From Synechocystis sp. PCC 6803 substr. PCC-P (GTDB lineage Bacteria > Cyanobacteriota > Cyanobacteriia > Cyanobacteriales > Microcystaceae), in assembly GCF_000284455.1 (NCBI RefSeq), contig NC_017039.1, forward strand, positions 1,950,001-1,982,000: 32,000 bases of DNA, given 5' to 3'. The translations under genes were made by a program, and so were the position numbers. Positions 18,496 to 27,158 of the stretch are shown here, piece after piece (position 1 is the first letter of the stretch; the number at the start of each line of letters is the position of its first letter). The notes under the pieces are model-generated. The model was not told the origin of the DNA and ran no database searches. It saw only the letters and a list, made by a program, of their open reading frames with translations.

Positions 18496-19458
18496 ATGTC
18501 GGTTAAATTAGCGGTTCTAAGCTTACTTGCTTCCACGTTCACATTACCATTGCTGCTACCATCCTCAGTCCAGGCCCAGACATTAATCCCGGGTAAACAG
18601 TGTGTATTTAACAACGGCGCTTTCTCGGTAAACGTAGATTGGTATGACCCCGGCTCGATTGTTTTCATCGGCAAAGATGCAACAGAGGCCAAAGACTACT
18701 CAAAATATCAAGTAACTGGGAATCCCGTAGATACTAAGAAGGATGTGACACTGGGGTTTAGTTCCTGTACTGAGGGGGCAAACCGTGTGGCAGTTGTCAG
18801 AATTGTTGGCCATGACATAGCCAATTCAGCAATTACAATTGCCGCTGGAACCCTTGCCGGGGTGGCGACAGGCGTGGGTGGTGCATTCGTTTGTGCGGCT
18901 TCAGTCGGTGCAGGTTGTATTACTCTGGCAGCGGTGGCACCTGTTACAGGAGGGGCGATTGCGGCGGTGGAAAAAGCACTGCCGGAAGTCAAAGAAATTG
19001 CCTACATTGGTTCCCCTGGCACAAAAAATTACGTGGATTTATCGGGCACAATCTGGCAAGTGGGCATTGCTAATAATGTTCCCTTGAGTGATAGCCGTGG
19101 ATTTGCTAAAGTTGGGACATTTTTCACTGGTGGAACGCCTGGGCCGAGAAGTATTAGTTTTAGTAATCAAGCCGGTTATGTGGCGGAAATGCAGGTGATG
19201 TATTTTCAAAAACAGTATCTAGGTGGGGCTTTTGTTGATCTACCAGTGGTAAAAAGTTCCGGAAATATAACCCTTGGTCGGACTGTCCACATTGATGTTC
19301 CATTGGCAATTTCTAATCAGCCCATTCAAGTATTTATTAAAGGTGTTGCGACATTGAAACCCGATGTTTACTCAACGACTATTCCTGTTAATTTTTCAGG
19401 AAACAGGTGCTATAAGTCATTTGGGACTATTTTTGATGCCCAAGGTAGCACTTGCTAG
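18496..19458 (+). CDS. Predicted secreted/periplasmic protein of unknown function with an internal Gly/Ala-rich hydrophobic segment
   Basis: Good RBS (AGGAAAGGA) before ATG; signal peptide 'MSVKLAVLSLLASTFTLPLLLPSSVQA-Q'; internal 'SAITIAAGTLAGVATGVGGAFVCAASVGAGCITLAAVAPVTGGAIAAVEKAL'. Confidence 0.75.
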   Translation: MSVKLAVLSLLASTFTLPLLLPSSVQAQTLIPGKQCVFNNGAFSVNVDWYDPGSIVFIGKDATEAKDYSKYQVTGNPVDTKKDVTLGFSSCTEGANRVAVVRIVGHDIANSAITIAAGTLAGVATGVGGAFVCAASVGAGCITLAAVAPVTGGAIAAVEKALPEVKEIAYIGSPGTKNYVDLSGTIWQVGIANNVPLSDSRGFAKVGTFFTGGTPGPRSISFSNQAGYVAEMQVMYFQKQYLGGAFVDLPVVKSSGNITLGRTVHIDVPLAISNQPIQVFIKGVATLKPDVYSTTIPVNFSGNRCYKSFGTIFDAQGSTC

Positions 19459-19481
19459 AGCCCATTTCCAAAGAAAAAATC

Positions 19482-19517
19482 AAGCCCAAATTATCTCCAC
19501 TAAAATGATTTGGGCTT
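19482..19517 (-). terminator. Stem-loop with U-tract on the minus strand
   Basis: AAGCCCAAAT / ATTTGGGCTT, perfect 10-bp arms and 16-nt loop. Minus-strand reading is followed by GATTTTTTC; plus-strand reading has no T-tract. Confidence 0.6.
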
Positions 19518-19608
19518 CGCAATAAGGGTGACAGATATTTTGTATCCCTCTTCCGTCAGACTGAGGGAATTAAAATGGAGATAAAAGGCTGAAAAGCGCG
19601 GAGGGAGA

Positions 19609-19909
19609 ATGACAAAGACAAGAGAGGCGAAAAAGACAGTACAGTGTGTAGACACATATAGTGAACTGTATAAAGATATATTTCTAGAAGTGAGGTCTTA
19701 TGAGTCATTTAAATATATCATTGTGGGAATATTAAGTGATATAAAAAGAAAGAGTTTACCTGCAATAGCATCATCACTAGGATTGAAAAATGAACAGGGA
19801 CTACTGCATTTTATGACAGATTCTCCTTGGGAATTAAAAGAATTAGAAAAAAGAAGATTAAATATTATCTTAGAAGTTTTAGAAGGAAGAGAAATAATAG
19901 TAATAATAG
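19609..19909 (+). pseudogene. IS701-family transposase, N-terminal part
   Basis: ORF reads as IS701 transposase up to 'LEGREIIVII', then enters the inserted IS4-like element. Confidence 0.85.
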
Positions 19910-21083
19910 CAGAATCGTTGAATGGCACTTATGTACGACCTAAAAATAGACAGAATAATCCTACAGCAAAGCAAATTCATCACCTTAGTGCTAACTCCCT
20001 TAGCCAGTGTACATAGCTTATTTTTTCACACATGAAAGCCTGTAAATAACATAGTTTGTCTAACATTGTTGTACCTGCTTCTTTTGGGATTACCAGTAAT
20101 TTTAGTATTAAATAAGCAATTATATAGGTATAGATTTGAATCCCAATTGCATTCTCATTTTTGGCAATCAGTCTATTCAGCTTTAAGTGCATTTTTAAGA
20201 ATTTCCATAACAATTCTATTTGCCATCTTTTTTTATAAATTTCTGCTATTTTTTCATCACTAACTCCTTCTATTTCTTTACTTTCTATAGGTAAATTTGT
20301 AACCAATCTAAACTCTGAATTATCATGGGTGAATATTACCACTCTACTCTCTATTTTATTCTTTTCAGTTCCAACCATATAGTTATCATTGGCTAATTTT
20401 TCTAGCTTTATATTATTCTTTATTCTTAATACATGATATTTGTTATTCTCCTTTTGTAATCTCTTGATTCTCTGTAAGTCACAAAATCCTCTATCCATTA
20501 CTGCTACTCCATTTTCTGGAGTCTCTTCTATTGTTTCATTCCCATATTTATTATCATGACCTTGTCCAAAGTGAATTACTATTCCCCCCGGAATCCCTGT
20601 TGATAAGTTAATCCCACTGAATACTTTTACCTGATGAAATCCAAGGTTCCACATCAACTTACTAGTTATGCTGACAATGGTTGAATCGAGAGGAAATATT
20701 TCTAATTCTCCCTGCTTAATTTCCTTCCTTTTCGACAATTCCTTTTTTAAGGAAAATATTATTTCTCTAAAAACTCCCACATCCCTTTTTTTGCTTGCCT
20801 TTGAGAATGTAGATATATCGACTGTCTCTCCTCGTAAGTTCAGTCTTTTAAACATACTCCTCATGCTTGTCTGGCTCTGGTCTAACACTAATCCTAACCA
20901 GATACTCACAAACTTAAATGTGTCTAATACTGGGTAGTCATCTTTAGGAAAATTAGATAGATAAGTTTTGACAATATGTCCAAAATTTGATATCATCGCT
21001 TCAATTATTCTAATATTTCTGCCCTTTATTCTATCATTTTAAAGAGCTTTTTTTCTCTTTATCACTATCGTTCAACACTTCTG
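19910..21083 (-). mobile_element. IS4-family insertion sequence nested in the IS701-like element
   Basis: Ends CAGAATCGTTGAATGG... and (minus) CAGAAGTGTTGAACGA...; flanked by the direct 9-bp repeat TAATAATAG at 19901-19909 and 21084-21092. Confidence 0.9.
19980..20996 (-). CDS. IS4-family DDE transposase, apparently intact
   Basis: 'FPLDSTIVSI' (D), 'GVAVMDRGFCDL' (D), and 'YKKRWQIELLWKFLK', an exact Y-x2-R-x3-E-x6-K IS4 signature. Confidence 0.93.
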   Translation of the reverse strand: MISNFGHIVKTYLSNFPKDDYPVLDTFKFVSIWLGLVLDQSQTSMRSMFKRLNLRGETVDISTFSKASKKRDVGVFREIIFSLKKELSKRKEIKQGELEIFPLDSTIVSITSKLMWNLGFHQVKVFSGINLSTGIPGGIVIHFGQGHDNKYGNETIEETPENGVAVMDRGFCDLQRIKRLQKENNKYHVLRIKNNIKLEKLANDNYMVGTEKNKIESRVVIFTHDNSEFRLVTNLPIESKEIEGVSDEKIAEIYKKRWQIELLWKFLKMHLKLNRLIAKNENAIGIQIYTYIIAYLILKLLVIPKEAGTTMLDKLCYLQAFMCEKISYVHWLRELALR

Positions 21084-21092
21084 TAATAATAG

Positions 21093-22089
21093 ATGAAACA
21101 GGAGACCCCAAAAAAGGGAAAACAACAGATTATGTAAAAAGACAATATATTGAAAATTTAGGAAAAATAGAAAGCGGTATAGTGTCAGTAAATGCCTATG
21201 GTTACTGCGATGGAGTAACGTTTCCTCTAGAATCAAAAGTATTTAAACCAAAAGAAAGATTAAAAGAGGGAGATAAGTATAAAACAAAGCCGGAATTAGC
21301 AGTAGAGATAATAAAAGAACTAGAAGAAAGTGGTTTTAAAATAAAAAGAGTAGTGTCAGATAGCTTATATGGAGAAAGCCATAGCAATTTTATCAGTGCT
21401 GTAGAGGAATTAAAAATAGAATATGCAGTGGGAATCCGGAGTAATCATGGGGTCTGGCTTCCAAAGGAAGCTAAAGTAAGGGCAAATAAGTGGAGGAGGT
21501 TTGAACACATAAGATGGGATAGAAAACAGGAAGATAGGTATATCAGAGAAATAGTTTATGGCAAAAAAGCGCAATAAGATATTGGGAAATTAAAACAGAA
21601 ACAGAAAAAGAGGAGGAAAAAGCAGGATGGTTTGTAATGACTCGAATACCAGATATTAAATATAAAGAAGTTGGCAGAATATATGGAGTAAGGTCATGGA
21701 TAGAATATGGATTTAAGCAATGCAAAAGTGAATTAGGATGGGCAGATTTTAGGGTAACTCATTATGAGCAAATTCAAAAATGGTGGGAATTAGTGATGTG
21801 TGCATATTGTATGATTTGTTTTTATGATGAGAATTTTAATCCGACTCTAAATTCAACGTCAAAGTATCATCAAAAGCATGAAAAATGGGATAAAGAAAAA
21901 TGGCTAAACAACCTACGATTAGTGATCTCTGTATTTAATGCAATAAATCTTATCAAAAAGTGGTTAAAAGTATTTCCATTTGCTCATGTTTTGGATGAAT
22001 TAACTAAATTTTACAACAAGGTTGATAAGCTAGATCGATTAAAGTATTTGCTAAATTCATGGAATACATTCTATTCTTCTTCTGCCTAG
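21093..22089 (+). pseudogene. IS701-family transposase, C-terminal part, frameshifted
   Basis: 'DETGDPKKGKTTDYVKRQYIENLGKIESGIVSVNAYG...EIVYGKK' then a -1 register change near 21563-21568, then 'SAIRYWEIKTETEKEEEKAGWFVMTRIPDIKYKEVGRIYGVRSWIEYGFKQ'. Confidence 0.85.
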
Positions 22090-22157
22090 ATTGATGAAAG
22101 AGGGATATCTCCACGGCCGCCACCAAAAAGCAACTATGTACTACATCAGATGACTAG

Positions 22158-22418
22158 AAGCCCTATCAACCACTGCTGGATGAACATCCCGATGCGTTTC
22201 ATATAATTAGCAAAAGAGAAACAGTAGGAATTGAGAGAAACAACTCAGATAATCGCCATTGGTTTGCTAGATTTCATCGCCGCACGAAAGTTGTATCCAG
22301 GTCAGCCCACATGGTTGATATCACCATGGCAATATTTGCCAAATTCAGGGTCAATGGTAACATAGAACTACTGCAGGACTGGCACCTCTCATTACTTTCT
22401 TGGAACTCTCCTGAATAA
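22158..22418 (+). pseudogene. C-terminal remnant of an IS1-family transposase
   Basis: Open frame without start: 'KPYQPLLDEHPDAFHIISKRETVGIERNNSDNRHWFARFHRRTKVVSRSAHMVDITMAIFAKFRVNGNIELLQDWHLSLLSWNSPE*'. 'RHWFARFHRRTKVVSRS' is IS1-like. Confidence 0.65.
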
Positions 22419-22638
22419 AAATCTAAGCCCTACGTCCAAATGCTTTCACCCTATTAGTTCTTTTGAAAACCGGCTCGGTGAACATGACTCTAGTTAATCC
22501 CACTGGCCAAATACAGTCACAAAAAAAGAGGAGATAAATCCAAGGTCAGAATTGTTCATTCCCTGGTTTACCCCCCTCTGTGACGATATTTGGAGATCGC
22601 CGTTGTTAATATTGCTGGTTTAAGACTTTGTCAGGTGA

Positions 22639-23802
22639 TTAACCTTTAGCCAAAACCCCAGCGGCGGCGGCCACTCCAGATCCAGGGGTCACGCCCTCAT
22701 AACCTAGTTCAATCAAAGTGGCTTCCAAGGCCCCGATGCAACTGAGGATATCCCGGTCACAAACAAAACCCAGGTGCCCAATGCGGAAGATTTTTCCTTT
22801 CAGGTGATCCTGCCCACCGGCCATGGCAATGTCGAATTTTTTGCGCATGGTACTGCGAATTTTTTCCGCTTCCACTCCCAGGGGCGCAACGGCGGTAATG
22901 GCATTACTTGCCGCATTATCGGGGGCAAATAGGGGTAAATTCAACGCTTTCATGGCCCCCCGGGTCGCATTGGTGTGGCGTTGATGGCGGGTAAAAATAG
23001 CATCTAGGCCTTCCGCTTTCATCATTTGCAGAGACGCTTGCAACCCATACATTAGGTTGATGGGGGGGGTGAAGGGGGAGCTATCTTCATCGGTGGATTT
23101 TTTATATTTTTTCAAATCCAGGTAGAAGCGAGGAATAGTGGCGGTTTCGTAGGCTTGCCAAGCTTTGGCACTTACGGAAACAAATCCCAATCCAGGGGGA
23201 ATCATATAACCCTTTTGAGAACCGGATGCCACCACGTCCAGGCCCAAATCATCGATCGCCACGGGGGTAGCGCCCAAACTGGTTACGGCATCCACAATCA
23301 TTAACGCCCCACCATGGGCCTTAGCGGCGGCATTGATGGCGGCCAAGTCATTCAAGACTCCGGTGGAAGTCTCGGAATGGGTGATGATCAGAGCTTTAAT
23401 AGTTTTATCGCTGTCCGCTTCCAACAAGGTTTTGAAGTCATTGGGGTCCAACGCTTTGCCCCATTCGGCTTTAATTTCTTCTACTGCTAAACCGAAGGTT
23501 TTGGCCACCTTGACCCAACGATCGCCAAATTTACCGTTATTGCCCACCAATACCCGATCGCCAGGGCTGAGGAAGTTGATAATGCTCGCTTCCATAGCCC
23601 CCGTGCCACTGGTAGTCAGCATCAACACGTCGTTTTCAGTTTGATGTAACCATTTGAGGTTTGCCGTCAGCTCAGCGATGATTTTGCTAAAGTCACCACT
23701 GCGGTGGCCAATGGGATGTTTCGCCATGGCCAACAAAACTTTTTCTGGTACGGGAGTTGGCCCCGGAATCATCAACATTTGCTTATTATCCATCGCGGTC
23801 AA
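22639..23802 (-). CDS. Class V PLP-dependent aminotransferase (alanine/serine-glyoxylate type; historically 'soluble hydrogenase 42 kDa subunit')
   Basis: 'MLMIPGPTPVPEKVLLAMAKHPIGHRSGDF', 'DVVASGSQKGYMIPPGLGFVSVS' (PLP lysine). First ATG at 23802; 'MDNKQMLMIPGP' just downstream may be the true start. Confidence 0.9.
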   Translation of the reverse strand: MTAMDNKQMLMIPGPTPVPEKVLLAMAKHPIGHRSGDFSKIIAELTANLKWLHQTENDVLMLTTSGTGAMEASIINFLSPGDRVLVGNNGKFGDRWVKVAKTFGLAVEEIKAEWGKALDPNDFKTLLEADSDKTIKALIITHSETSTGVLNDLAAINAAAKAHGGALMIVDAVTSLGATPVAIDDLGLDVVASGSQKGYMIPPGLGFVSVSAKAWQAYETATIPRFYLDLKKYKKSTDEDSSPFTPPINLMYGLQASLQMMKAEGLDAIFTRHQRHTNATRGAMKALNLPLFAPDNAASNAITAVAPLGVEAEKIRSTMRKKFDIAMAGGQDHLKGKIFRIGHLGFVCDRDILSCIGALEATLIELGYEGVTPGSGVAAAAGVLAKG

Positions 23803-24083
23803 TCCTCCCCTTCGCTAAACGCAGTCAGGTAATTTTCTAGGGTTAATTTGTCGGTAATTGTTATCAATGCCGGAGTTATTGGGCATGATAGTTAGGCTTC
23901 CCATATTACCAAAACATGGCGCTGGCAAAATCTGTGCTGTGGCCCCAGCTTGATTTCCTTGACTGCCATTGGCGTGGTTTTAAGAGGACTCTGGGGCGAT
24001 CGCCTCCACCAGAATTACCTAGGTGCAAAAGCAGGACAGACCGTACAATGGGAAACGATTAATCAAATGCACGCATAACTTGA

Positions 24084-24509
24084 ATGGCCGCCATCACCCT
24101 CACCCTCCTTCTCCCGGGTAAAAGCGTTGCTGTCCAGAGCTGGACCTTTGAATCGGAACAAACCATCCGTGTGGGTCGGGCGGCGGATAACGATGTTGTA
24201 CTTTATAGTGCTGTAGTATCCCGGCATCATCTAGAACTCCGACGGGAAGAGGAAGCTTGGGTCGCCATTAACTTGGGAGCTAATGGCACCTATATGGAAG
24301 CGGAAATGGTGGAAAAGCTTGTCCTCAAGGATGGCATGGTTCTACGCTTAGCCAGTTCCGGCCCCAAAATACAGATTAGGCTTCAGTCTGAACTCAGTAC
24401 CCTGGAACAGGAACTAGCTCAACAAGATAGTTCCCCTACTGGGCCAGGGGAAGAACAAAAATCCAGCCGTCTCCACCCTGGGGATTCCAAAGAGACCATC
24501 ATCAACTAG
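24084..24509 (+). CDS. FHA-domain protein
   Basis: 'IRVGRAADNDVVLYSAVVSRHHLELR...VAINLGANGTYM' is the FHA core. Confidence 0.85.
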   Translation: MAAITLTLLLPGKSVAVQSWTFESEQTIRVGRAADNDVVLYSAVVSRHHLELRREEEAWVAINLGANGTYMEAEMVEKLVLKDGMVLRLASSGPKIQIRLQSELSTLEQELAQQDSSPTGPGEEQKSSRLHPGDSKETIIN

Positions 24510-24534
24510 TGGTCCGACTAAAGTAGTTGATGAT
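24498..24534. terminator. Stem-loop between convergent FHA and ferredoxin genes
   Basis: ATCATCAACTA ... TAGTTGATGAT, perfect 11-bp arms and 15-nt loop, at the FHA stop codon. No clear T-tract. Confidence 0.4.
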
Positions 24535-24602
24535 CTTACCTCCGGATGTTGAATGACATCATATCTAGCCCTTATCCAGCCCTTGGCCTCCGGTGATCGC
24601 CC

Positions 24603-24902
24603 CTAGCCTTTGGGTTTGGTGTTCACACTCACCGGCCCATTGACCAAGGTTTGACAGGCGAGACGGAAATTGTCGGGCTTTTTGCGCAATACCCTATTTT
24701 CAAAGTCGGTTTTCGGGGAAAGATTTTCCATACCCGCTGTGATTTCCACGATGCAAGTGCCACATTGGCCGTAGCCTCCGCAGTTCATCAGTTTTCCTTT
24801 CAAGGTATAAATATCAACGCCATTCTGCAGGGCCTTTTCCCGTAGGTTGGCACCCTGGGCCACAACAATATCCTTCTGCTCTTTAACAAAGGTAATGGTC
24901 AC
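24603..24902 (-). CDS. 2Fe-2S ferredoxin
   Basis: 99 aa; '[17 protein letters not shown]...[11 protein letters not shown]' ligates a plant-type 2Fe-2S cluster. Confidence 0.92.
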   Translation of the reverse strand: MTITFVKEQKDIVVAQGANLREKALQNGVDIYTLKGKLMNCGGYGQCGTCIVEITAGMENLSPKTDFENRVLRKKPDNFRLACQTLVNGPVSVNTKPKG

Positions 24903-25046
24903 TGCAATTTCCTCCTGTCCTCAGGGGACAAACTATATTAAGAAAGTTTACGGGATTATGTTGCCCGGGGAGAATTTGTCCGTGGGGGGTTTACCGACCG
25001 ATCGCCGGTGAGAAGTACCAGGATAGCTTTATAAAGTTTTGTTACA

Positions 25047-25748
25047 ATGGCAGAAGAAATTCTCAGAAACCCAGCCATGACAGCCCTGACCCTCGAACAA
25101 ATTGCCAGCCAACTCGACAGCCCCAATTCCCGCGATCGCCTGATTGCCCTAGCTTCCCTGAGACCCTATTCCAGTGAGGAGGCGGTGCCCCTGATTAAAA
25201 AAGTTTTAGATGACGATACTTTACAGGTGCGTTCCATGGCGGTGTTTGCCCTGGGCATTAAGCAAACCGAGGAATGCTATCCCATTCTGGTTAAGCTGTT
25301 GGAAACCGATGGAGACTATGGCATCCGGGCCGATGCCGCGGGGGCCCTGGGTTATCTAGAAGACGAACGGGCTTTCCATCCCCTCTGCCGGGCTTTTTAC
25401 GAAGATACGGAATGGCTGGTGCGGTTCAGTGCGGCGGTGGCCCTGGGCAATTTAAAAGATATTCGGGCTCAAACGGTCTTGCTGGAAGCACTGAAAAGTG
25501 ACGAAGCAGTGGTACAACAAGCGGCGATCGCGGCCCTGGGGGAAATTGGTGCCGTGGATGCAGTAGATGCGATTTTGGCCTTTGCATCCCATGAGGACTG
25601 GTTAATTCGCCAAAGATTAGTGGAGGCCCTGGGAAATTTGCCCTGCGACCAGAGTCGTTCTGCTTTGACTTTCATGGTCAAGGATGAGCACCCCCAGGTG
25701 TCCCAGGCGGCCCAGTTGTCCTTGCAAAAATTAGACCTGCTTAGCTAG
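25047..25748 (+). CDS. HEAT-repeat protein (resembles Synechocystis Slr1098/IaiH)
   Basis: Tandem repeats such as 'YGIRADAAGALGYLEDERAFHPL', 'WLVRFSAAVALGNLKDIRAQTVLLEAL', 'AVVQQAAIAALGEIGAVDAVDAIL'. Confidence 0.88.
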   Translation: MAEEILRNPAMTALTLEQIASQLDSPNSRDRLIALASLRPYSSEEAVPLIKKVLDDDTLQVRSMAVFALGIKQTEECYPILVKLLETDGDYGIRADAAGALGYLEDERAFHPLCRAFYEDTEWLVRFSAAVALGNLKDIRAQTVLLEALKSDEAVVQQAAIAALGEIGAVDAVDAILAFASHEDWLIRQRLVEALGNLPCDQSRSALTFMVKDEHPQVSQAAQLSLQKLDLLS

Positions 25749-25826
25749 GTTTTCTGTTTCTTTTCCCCTTGTCTAATCAAAATCTGCAACCGGAGAAAAA
25801 CAATTTCCCCCAGTTCTCTTCTGTGA

Positions 25827-26993
25827 TTATTCCGGCTGGAGAAGCTTGGAAATTTCCCTTTGGGATGGGTATTCTTGGCGGTATTGCACAGCGGCATGGC
25901 GAGCATCGGTGATGAGCCAGTCCAACGCCGCTGCCTGCACATCGATCGCCGCTCCGGTTTTATCTACACAGTAACGACCAAACACCAACTTATCCACTAA
26001 GCGAGCCCCGGGACCTAAACGGGAATACTCAAAAATTACACTGTTGTCCACCACCGCTCCCTGACAGATCAGGCAACTGGGGCCAATCATGGAAGGGCCG
26101 ATGATTTTTACCCCGTCCTCAATGCGGGTCATGCCGCCAATGTAAACTGGACCCTCAATTTCAATGTTGTCCCAGTTAGCGGCTACGTTGATGCCTGTAT
26201 AAACCCCCGGTCTAACTTCAATGCCGGGAATTTGCACATTTTTAATTTCCCGGGAAAGCACTCCCCGGATGGCCTGCCAATAGTCGGGCACTTTGCCAAT
26301 GTCTACCCACTCAAAGTCCATATTGACTGCATAAAAGGGTAGGCCGCTATCCACCAGCTTGGGAAATAGATCCCCTCCCAGGTCGTATTCCTGGCCAGAG
26401 GGAATGTAGTCGATTACTTCCGGCTCAAAAATATAAATGCCCGTGTTAATTTCTGTGCTCAGGGCTTCTTCCACCGCTGGCTTTTCCTGGAAAGTTAAAA
26501 TTTTGCCGTTGTCGTCCGTGACCACTACCCCATAGCTAGATACCAATTCCTGGGGCACTGTCTTGGTGATAATGGTGGCGATCGCCCCTTTTTCTCGGTG
26601 GAGCTTAACCGCAGTGGTTAAGTCTAAATCAATTAGCGCATCACCGCAAAGCACCACAAAGGTGTCGTCAAAAAAGGGGTTAAACTCCTGAATTTTCTTC
26701 AGCCCCCCGGCTGATCCCAAGGCCTTGCCCACCAGGTCACCATCAACAATATTGCCTTCAAAAGAATAGGCTATTTGTACGCCAAACCTTTGGCCATCCC
26801 GAAAATAACTTTCTATCTCCTCCGCTAGATGGCTCACATTGACCATGATCTGGTCAAAACCATGTTGGCGCAACAACTCCAGCAAAAACTCCATCACGGG
26901 CTTTTGCAAAATCGGGATCATCGGCTTAGGAATGGTGTGGGTGATTGGTCTGACCCGAGTGCCCTTGCCGGCGGCCAAAATCATGGCTTTCAT
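25827..26993 (-). CDS. NDP-sugar pyrophosphorylase / mannose-1-phosphate guanylyltransferase family
   Basis: 'MKAMILAAGKGTRVRPITHTIPKPMIPILQKPVMEFLLELL' nucleotidyltransferase signature; C-terminal left-handed beta-helix-like repeats. ORF track starts 2 codons earlier. Confidence 0.9.
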   Translation of the reverse strand: MKAMILAAGKGTRVRPITHTIPKPMIPILQKPVMEFLLELLRQHGFDQIMVNVSHLAEEIESYFRDGQRFGVQIAYSFEGNIVDGDLVGKALGSAGGLKKIQEFNPFFDDTFVVLCGDALIDLDLTTAVKLHREKGAIATIITKTVPQELVSSYGVVVTDDNGKILTFQEKPAVEEALSTEINTGIYIFEPEVIDYIPSGQEYDLGGDLFPKLVDSGLPFYAVNMDFEWVDIGKVPDYWQAIRGVLSREIKNVQIPGIEVRPGVYTGINVAANWDNIEIEGPVYIGGMTRIEDGVKIIGPSMIGPSCLICQGAVVDNSVIFEYSRLGPGARLVDKLVFGRYCVDKTGAAIDVQAAALDWLITDARHAAVQYRQEYPSQREISKLLQPE

Positions 26994-27158
26994 CAACAAT
27001 TTTCCTCAAACTCAATCACACAAGTTGGCATAACTCACCCGCCAGTCTATCAAGATTCTTCTCACTACTCCAATAAGCATAGCTGAAAGCTTGGAGGAGT
27101 AACTAACCCCATGGTGACCGCTGGCGGGAAAGCAGAATCTATCTCCATCATCTTTGCC

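Larger units (their letters stand above)
19543..22107 (+). mobile_element. IS701-family element, disrupted by an IS4-like element and a frameshift
   Basis: Imperfect terminal repeats TATCCCTCTTCCGTCA... and (minus, from 22107) TATCCCTCTTTCATCA... Transposase pieces: 'VDTYSELYKDIFLEVRSYESFKYIIVGILSDIKRKSLPAIASSLG', 'IIDETGDPKKGKTTDYVKRQY', 'GRIYGVRSWIEYGFKQCKSELGWADFRVTHYEQ'. Confidence 0.85.

Noticed and set aside
22639-24902. Soluble hydrogenase locus
   Set aside because: The '42 kDa hydrogenase subunit' label is historical; the sequence is a PLP class V aminotransferase with the SQKG lysine motif, and the ferredoxin alone does not indicate a hydrogenase.
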